Below, one piece after another: positions 58,248-64,000 of a DNA stretch of 64,000 bases; the first letter of the stretch is position 1, and each line of letters begins with the position of its first letter. The DNA comes from Tubiluchus corallicola (taxonomy: Eukaryota; Animalia; Priapulida). Made by a program: the position numbers and the translations under genes. The notes under the pieces were generated by a model. It worked only from the letters and a program-made list of their open reading frames with translations, was not told the DNA's origin and searched no databases. Where the stretch lies: assembly GCA_030141605.1 (NCBI GenBank), contig JAQGDQ010000001.1:1736001-1800000 (forward strand). Direction: 5' to 3'.

Positions 58248-61200
58248 TCAAGGGTCATTTCTCATGTTCTGAACTCTTTTTTTCTCTCTTCCCAAGATAG
58301 GCAGTTTCAACGGCCCTGCTTTTCTGGCCACGAAAGCAGATTTCGTCCCTTCCACAAGCATTTTAGAGTTGTTTGCAGCAGCACCTATACCGATATAATA
58401 GTTAGACTATACATTTATTTATCATTAATATATTCATCATATATATGCTGGTTGTTGGCAAAGTGGGTTATAGTTTGCTTTTTTTAATGACCTTACTCCA
58501 ATAACATGTCAAAAGTCACTTTACACATTTCCTACTTTCTTAAATGAGTACATTTAAAACATTAAATTAACATTGTCATTAATCAGATGGTAAAAAAGAC
58601 ATTAAGGTGATAACACAATTTTATGAAGTTAACCCACAAACAGAAACGAGCGATTGCATACACATCCGAAACCCAATACATAACTGTGTGTCGGAAATCC
58701 TAACTTACGGACATTGTAAACAAACATTGCCGTCTATAGGTAACAGTTGTAAGCACTTACTGGCATGACACTTTTACCATTTGTCATTAGAATTAATCAA
58801 ACAGCTACAAAAGCATGTACTTTTGTTGTAAATAGGTCAAACTGAGTAACATAAAATATTACATAGTTTATACAAAAAAAAAACATTTGAATGTGAAAGT
58901 AACATATGTTAATTTTATCACATCAAGAATCGACAGTAAATTATTGATCAAGAAATAAGTATTAGCAAACAGAGAAATAGATGAATGTATATTACTAACG
59001 TAGGAGCACATTAGGTGCCTGTGTGCTTACTTTTTAATATAATTCTCAAAAATAACACTGACATGCACAGAAAGACAAAAATTCCCCAAGGTAAAAAGTA
59101 ACACATACATCCAAATTTCAACCTATACTAATACATGCACTAGGATAAATTTAAGGGAGGCCAGTAACTTGTATTTAATGGCAAGTTATGACATTAAATA
59201 TATTCTTAAGATATAAGGGAGGATGACAAATTCTTTCTGAATGTCACAGTTCCGTGCAACCTGTATCAAGTATATCTTGTATACAGGTTTCATTTTTTGC
59301 TGTAAGGGAAAATATTGGCTCACATTCGCTTTGCTGTCTCATTAATCATCTCCCGACTGGATAGCTTTTCGGGGTCGTAATGATGGTCTCCAAATTTTGC
59401 CACCAGCGCTTTCGGCAATGTTAGGTTCAGACCATAGTTTTCGGGTATGCTGTGCAACAGCAAAATTGGTACAGTAAGTCCTAACTTAATGGCTCTCAGT
59501 TTAGATTATTTTGCTTTGACAAAAGCCATTTTTTATTTCACCACAACTTTTTACCTAATTTGAAACATTAAATCAGTACATATTGCATTTTTCTGTTCTA
59601 AAAACACACTAATATGTATAACGAAACAGCACAATTATTATTAGGTTTTTGCTTCCCTACTGACAACTAAATGCTAACCGCTTGTAACAAGCGAGATTCT
59701 GATTGTCTCCAGACACCCGAGTTCAAACTTTACGCGAAAGAATTTTGCCCCTGCAACTTGTTGCTATAGAAACAGTCTGAGTATGAAATTGTCCCAAGTT
59801 AGTCCTACAGCATGGTTTCACTTTGAGTGTTTAACTGCTAACTATGTAAGCTTCAACATTAAAGAAGAGAAACCACTAGCTAGATGTTGATAATAAAAAT
59901 AAGTGGTTTCAAGCAAACAAAGAGATTAATCGGTAGAAATATGAATAAGACTCATAAAACATTTACTTTATAAGATTTAAGCAGCATTGATATTTTGCCT
60001 CTGGAACGCATCTCAATTCTTTTACATCCTTTCTATGGAACTACTGGCTGTGTTTAATGACGTTTCGCTTAATGTTGTATTTTGCTGGAACACAATATTG
60101 TCGTTAAGTGAGGACTTATTGTACATGGTTTCGGTGCTAAAGGTTTATGAATGGATAATTGAGTAGGTGAGGCTACTTCGACATTTTCAGCAGTCCATAA
60201 AGAGATTGTTTGAGGTGGACAACATAAGAAGTATGCAGCCATGTAAGACAACAAAGAAATTGTAGAATTGTGTCTTGTTTAGGATTTGTACTGTAATTAT
60301 GTATATCGCCGTTCTAAAGAATTACTTGGTATTTATGAGGAAATGTACCAATGTCACTGGTGACCGTGAATGGCCCTCCAGAACATCGAAATCCATGCTT
60401 GCTGACTACTAAAGTTTGAAACAAAAAATTATGGTGATCTCTGATGAGTGTAATATGATATTCACCTGTTACTTCCAATGGTGATAGTCCATCTGCTTGG
60501 AATGCTAACTGAAACAATTTGGTTATCTTGGCAACCATTTAGCAGCTACAGGTTCTGTAATCACATTTGTTTCTGCACTAGAGTTAATAATTATATGGAT
60601 TGTAGAGAGCTGATAAGTATGGAGGTCGCCTTACTTTGTCTTCTCATTGGAACGCAGGAGCCATTTGCCTCTTATGGTCATAATTATTATTGGGTAAGAC
60701 ATATAGATCATCTTCAGACAGTATCCCAAATGTCTTCAGCTAGAACAATTATTGCCCTGGCCATAAATTTCCTGTCCTGCTCTGGTAAATGAGGGTGTTT
60801 GCTAAGAAAGTGGTCATAGCATCATAGGTCTCAGTACTCTAGCATGTTGAGTGGTTTGGATTTCCCCTACCTTGTGAATCAAGAAGCTGAGATACTTCTG
60901 ATTTAATGGAAGCTAATATCCTCAATCTCAACCTCAACCTTGTTCCATAGCACTGTTTTAGTAAATGGAGACCTTTGTTATGTAAAGTAAGCTACTGAAG
61001 AATAACTATGTTCTTAGCTGTGGACACATCTCTTCATCCTGACTGGTAGTCACGCCATGGTGAGATATCCAGCCATTGACTTTCAAAAAATTGTCATCAA
61101 CAAATACATCAAGACATTGAAAGAGATTGCAGGACTTTCCTCTAGTTCATATTTGATGCTGCTGAAATCAGGAAATTGACTGGACACTGTCGAATGAAAG

Positions 61201-62859
61201 CCATGATGCATGCATATAGCTTGCCAATTGAGTTTGGCAATGGGAAATGGAATTTTTGACAATTAAATTTCAGGATATCATTAGGTAATAAAGCCCCTGG
61301 TAGATATTACATTTTCTGGTAGTAGCTATTTGGCCCAAAAGTAATTCAAGATATGTTGTGCAGTTAGTCTTTGTAATTCAAGATATGTTGTGCAGTTAAT
61401 CTTTGTAATTCAAGATATGTTGTGCAGTTAATCTTTGTAATTCAAGATATGTTGTGCAGTTAATCTTTGTTCTGCAGGAATAGTTTCATCGTCATCTGTT
61501 AGTTCTTGTAAAGGACTTATATAACCTGACTAGGTTAACACATAAACAGAAATATATGATCGCACACATATCCCAAACATAATACATATAAATGTCTATT
61601 AGAAGTCACAACTCCCAAAAGTAAACAAACATTGCATTTATAGGTAACAGCAGTAAACACTTACTGGCATTTACAGGAATTTCTTTGTTGTAAAACTTTT
61701 TTTAGTTTTAGTAGAGGTATTACATAATAGTTCTATTATTATATGTGATCAGTTCGCTTTTTAGGATATAACAAGGTGCTGTAATGTAACTGGGAAGAAC
61801 TTAAAAATAATCCAGAGACATTTATTACTGCATACTATAGATTTATGTGTTCAAAAATTAGTTTACATACTTTTCCACACTGGGGTAGTTAATGCAGAGT
61901 TATCGCCTTGGTCTAGTAATCGCCAAACATCCTTCATAGAAGAAGTGGCAGATGACAAACTTAATAGTAAAGATCCTAAAATAAAAGAATATAAACTTAA
62001 TAGATGGCACTGTTTAATTACAATATTTGATGATACACAGATTGAGTAGAGCTACAAAAATCAGCTGAGCACATGCATATTAAAGACAAGGTCTTTGGTT
62101 TATGGCTCAAGTCCTGAGGTACTTCTTTAGTAATTTACCCAGGTTAAATTTCCTTCAGCTATTAAGTTTATCGATTTTCTATTGTTGAATACTCCTAGAA
62201 CCTGACTGTAAAACTTAAATGCAGAGTTATTACATGCAAACACCAGTCGTGACACCAGCTTAACAGATTAAGTCTATTTCACACTTAAGAAAAACGCTGT
62301 GTATTATAAAACTTTTGCTGCCATACAAAACAAAGCACTCTGGTGTCTATGGAGCTTTTCATGTTACTGTAAAATAAATGCAACATAATCAACAAGGAGA
62401 GTCTTGTGTTAAACATTACTCAACTGTATGAAGTAGATTAGTAGATGGATTAGCATAATGAATTACAGATGAAAATGAAGAAAAGACCTTATTTTGACTA
62501 TGAAATAGTGATTATAAAACAAATGTGCACACTAGTTATGCTTTATTTAACATTTCTCTTGGCCACGAGCAAAATAGGTACAATAAACACTGTCTATCAT
62601 TCATATTTTTTCCTAGTACAAATATGGTTAATAAAAAATGTGTTTCCTATAGTGATGTCTTTTAGTCTAAAACCGCCACACAGACTACAAAAAACAATCG
62701 GACACATTAAACTGCATTTGCCACAAAATTATTTCTGTGAAATTTTTGCTTGCCTTCTGCAGCACTCTGCTTTTCAGCTGCATGAGATGCGTTTGCATTC
62801 TGCACATTTTCAGATGACAATGCGAAATGTTTACCTTTTGTTAGCTGGTCCAATAATTC
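58248..62859 (-). CDS. 3' part of an unidentified multi-exon gene (incomplete model)
   Basis: Candidate exons with canonical splice sites and open frames: 62859-62835 (ELLDQLTK), 61975-61871 (GSLLLSLSSATSSMKDVWRLLDQGDNSALTTPVWK), 59449-59324 (IPENYGLNLTLPKALVAKFGDHHYDPEKLSSREMINETAKR) and 58384-58248 (AAANNSKMLVEGTKSAFVARKAGPLKLPILGREKKRVQNMRNDP*). The first two are phase-compatible; the later junctions are not without extra exons I could not find. Confidence 0.35.
58627..58766 (+). repeat. Diverged direct repeat, copy 1 (copy 2 at 61532-61670)
   Basis: About 140 bp aligning with 61532-61670, best at gtaaacaaacattgc...tataggtaacag..gtaa.cacttactggcat. Confidence 0.75.
60000..61525 (-). mobile_element. 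Decayed Ty3/Gypsy-like LTR retrotransposon gag + aspartic protease remnant
   Basis: Frameshifted minus-strand peptides in gag-pro order: PLQELTDDDETIPAEQRLTAQH, WQAICMHHGFHST, LFQCLDVFVDDNFLK, ISHHG...DEEM, KQCYGTRLR...LASIKSEVSQLLDS, HFLSKHPHLPEQDRKFMARA, then SPYL...NSSAETNVI...QLAFQADGLSPLEVTGEYHITL...LVV...PF...DI. This matches a marine-invertebrate Gypsy family as I recall it. No RT or integrase is visible. Confidence 0.75.
61341..61468. repeat. 32-bp minisatellite, 4 copies
   Basis: gtaattcaagatatgttgtgcagtta(g/a)tcttt starting at 61341, 61373, 61405 and 61437, with one substitution overall and no spacers. Confidence 0.97.
61532..61670 (+). repeat. Diverged direct repeat, copy 2 (copy 1 at 58627-58766)
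   Basis: Aligns with copy 1 and directly abuts the truncated 5' end of the Gypsy gag remnant. Confidence 0.75.
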
Positions 62860-63179
62860 CTAAACAAAATGAAGCAATTAAGCAGGTGTTTGCATTAAAA
62901 ATAAGTTGACACAATATTACAGAATAGAGCAATAAATTTTCTGACATGACGGATTTCAGTTCTTTTTTGTACGTTTACATTTACATTAAAACTTATTTAT
63001 TATCAATTTTTGCAACAATAAACATTAGCTGAATATCACCGACAGACATTAAAACAATTTACAATAAAATAATACACTGACATGTTAAAATGAGCGAGAA
63101 AAAGATAGAAATAAATTACAATGGCATAAATTACAATTATAATTTATCAATGTTGGAGGTTAAAACCACTTTAATTCAA

Positions 63180-63930
63180 ATGTACCCTTTGACATGAATT
63201 ACACCTGCAGTTATAACTGTGACACTAATTAGTTTGCAACTGAATTAAAAACTCTTGCCAAAGGCTTACAAATGCGTTCTGAAGATACCCTCAAGATTCT
63301 TGCAGGTATATTGTTATACACGGTTGATTTGTTTGGGATTTAATTTGGAAATAATGCTACATACATTACGTTCAGTAGCATCACAAAACTGAAAAGTCTA
63401 TATATTGCTATATCGCATATTCTTTAATCTTACCAATACTAGGCTAAGTTTCATACTGACTTACATATTGCTCAACATAAGTTTGAAATTCATTATATAA
63501 TATAGGCATTTGAGAGAGTACACAGTTCACTTATACAGTATTTCTTTACATGTTCAGATACTCTTACAGGATCTGATGTAATTTTCCCATTCGGGTTTTG
63601 GTTTTGTACCTGACTGATGAAGGAGGTGTGTGCTTATCCAAAAGGTTAATGAGTATTGCCAAGTAATTTTTCGAATGCCCAAGATTGATCACTTATATCT
63701 TCAAAAACCATTGCAGCATGGTGTTTGAATGAAACTATATCTTTAAATAAAATATCTGTAACTTCGATAAGTGACTTTTTGATATGCCTGCTTTTTAAGC
63801 GATTTTTGTTGCATGTTAATAAAAGATCAATCCTAGAACTGTGATTTCTTTTAAAGAAAGAAGGCTCCTTGATGAAAGTCACCAAGGATTACAAAACTTT
63901 CAGTGTATCTAGTTCTTGAATCCACTAACT
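63180..63930 (-). mobile_element. Decayed LINE endonuclease / pre-RT remnant
   Basis: Minus-strand peptides ESFVILGDF and IKEPSFFKRNHSSRIDLLLT (APE-endonuclease motifs), and IISKLNP/NKSTVYNNIPARILRVSSERICKPLARVFN (pre-RT domain 0), with frameshifts and deletions. Confidence 0.75.
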
Positions 63931-64000
63931 GAGACAGATGATATATTAAACTATTATCACTAATATTTGGTGAACATAGCTATCAGCCAAAATACAATGC

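Noticed and set aside
58761-58804. 44-nt candidate exon that would fix the phase between exons 59449-59324 and 58384-58248
   Set aside because: It contains an in-frame TAA and its donor lies within a dispersed repeat, so it cannot be supported without transcripts.
61341-61468. CRISPR-like array (32-bp repeats)
   Set aside because: Units are directly adjacent with no spacers, there are no cas genes, and the context is eukaryotic; it is a minisatellite.

Overview
This is AT-rich, intron-rich eukaryotic DNA, most consistent with an invertebrate animal; there are no prokaryotic, CRISPR, intact tRNA or intact rRNA features. Six protein-coding genes can be assembled by hand on strictly alternating strands: CMTR2 cap2 methyltransferase (+, 13 visible exons, 5' end not resolved), coilin-like (-, single-exon CDS), CDC7 kinase (+, 12 coding exons), a spinster-related MFS transporter (-, 10 coding exons), a folate-receptor/riboflavin-binding-family protein (+, 2 exons) and PPWD1 cyclophilin-WD40 (-, single-exon CDS). 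A partial, unidentified seventh gene may lie on the minus strand at about 58.2-62.9 kb. Introns and spacers hold decayed LINE fragments, a decayed Ty3/Gypsy gag-protease remnant, hAT- and Tc1/mariner-type MITEs (some with visible target-site duplications), microsatellites and long hairpins. I found no clear-cut new biological system. The best leads are two retrogene-like intronless genes (coilin, PPWD1), a coilin with no RG box and an N-terminal insertion, a GC-AG intron in CMTR2, a Cys cluster and an altered APE motif in CDC7, and a divergent transporter/folate-receptor-like gene pair in a CpG-rich block. All homology calls come from recalled motifs, not database searches.
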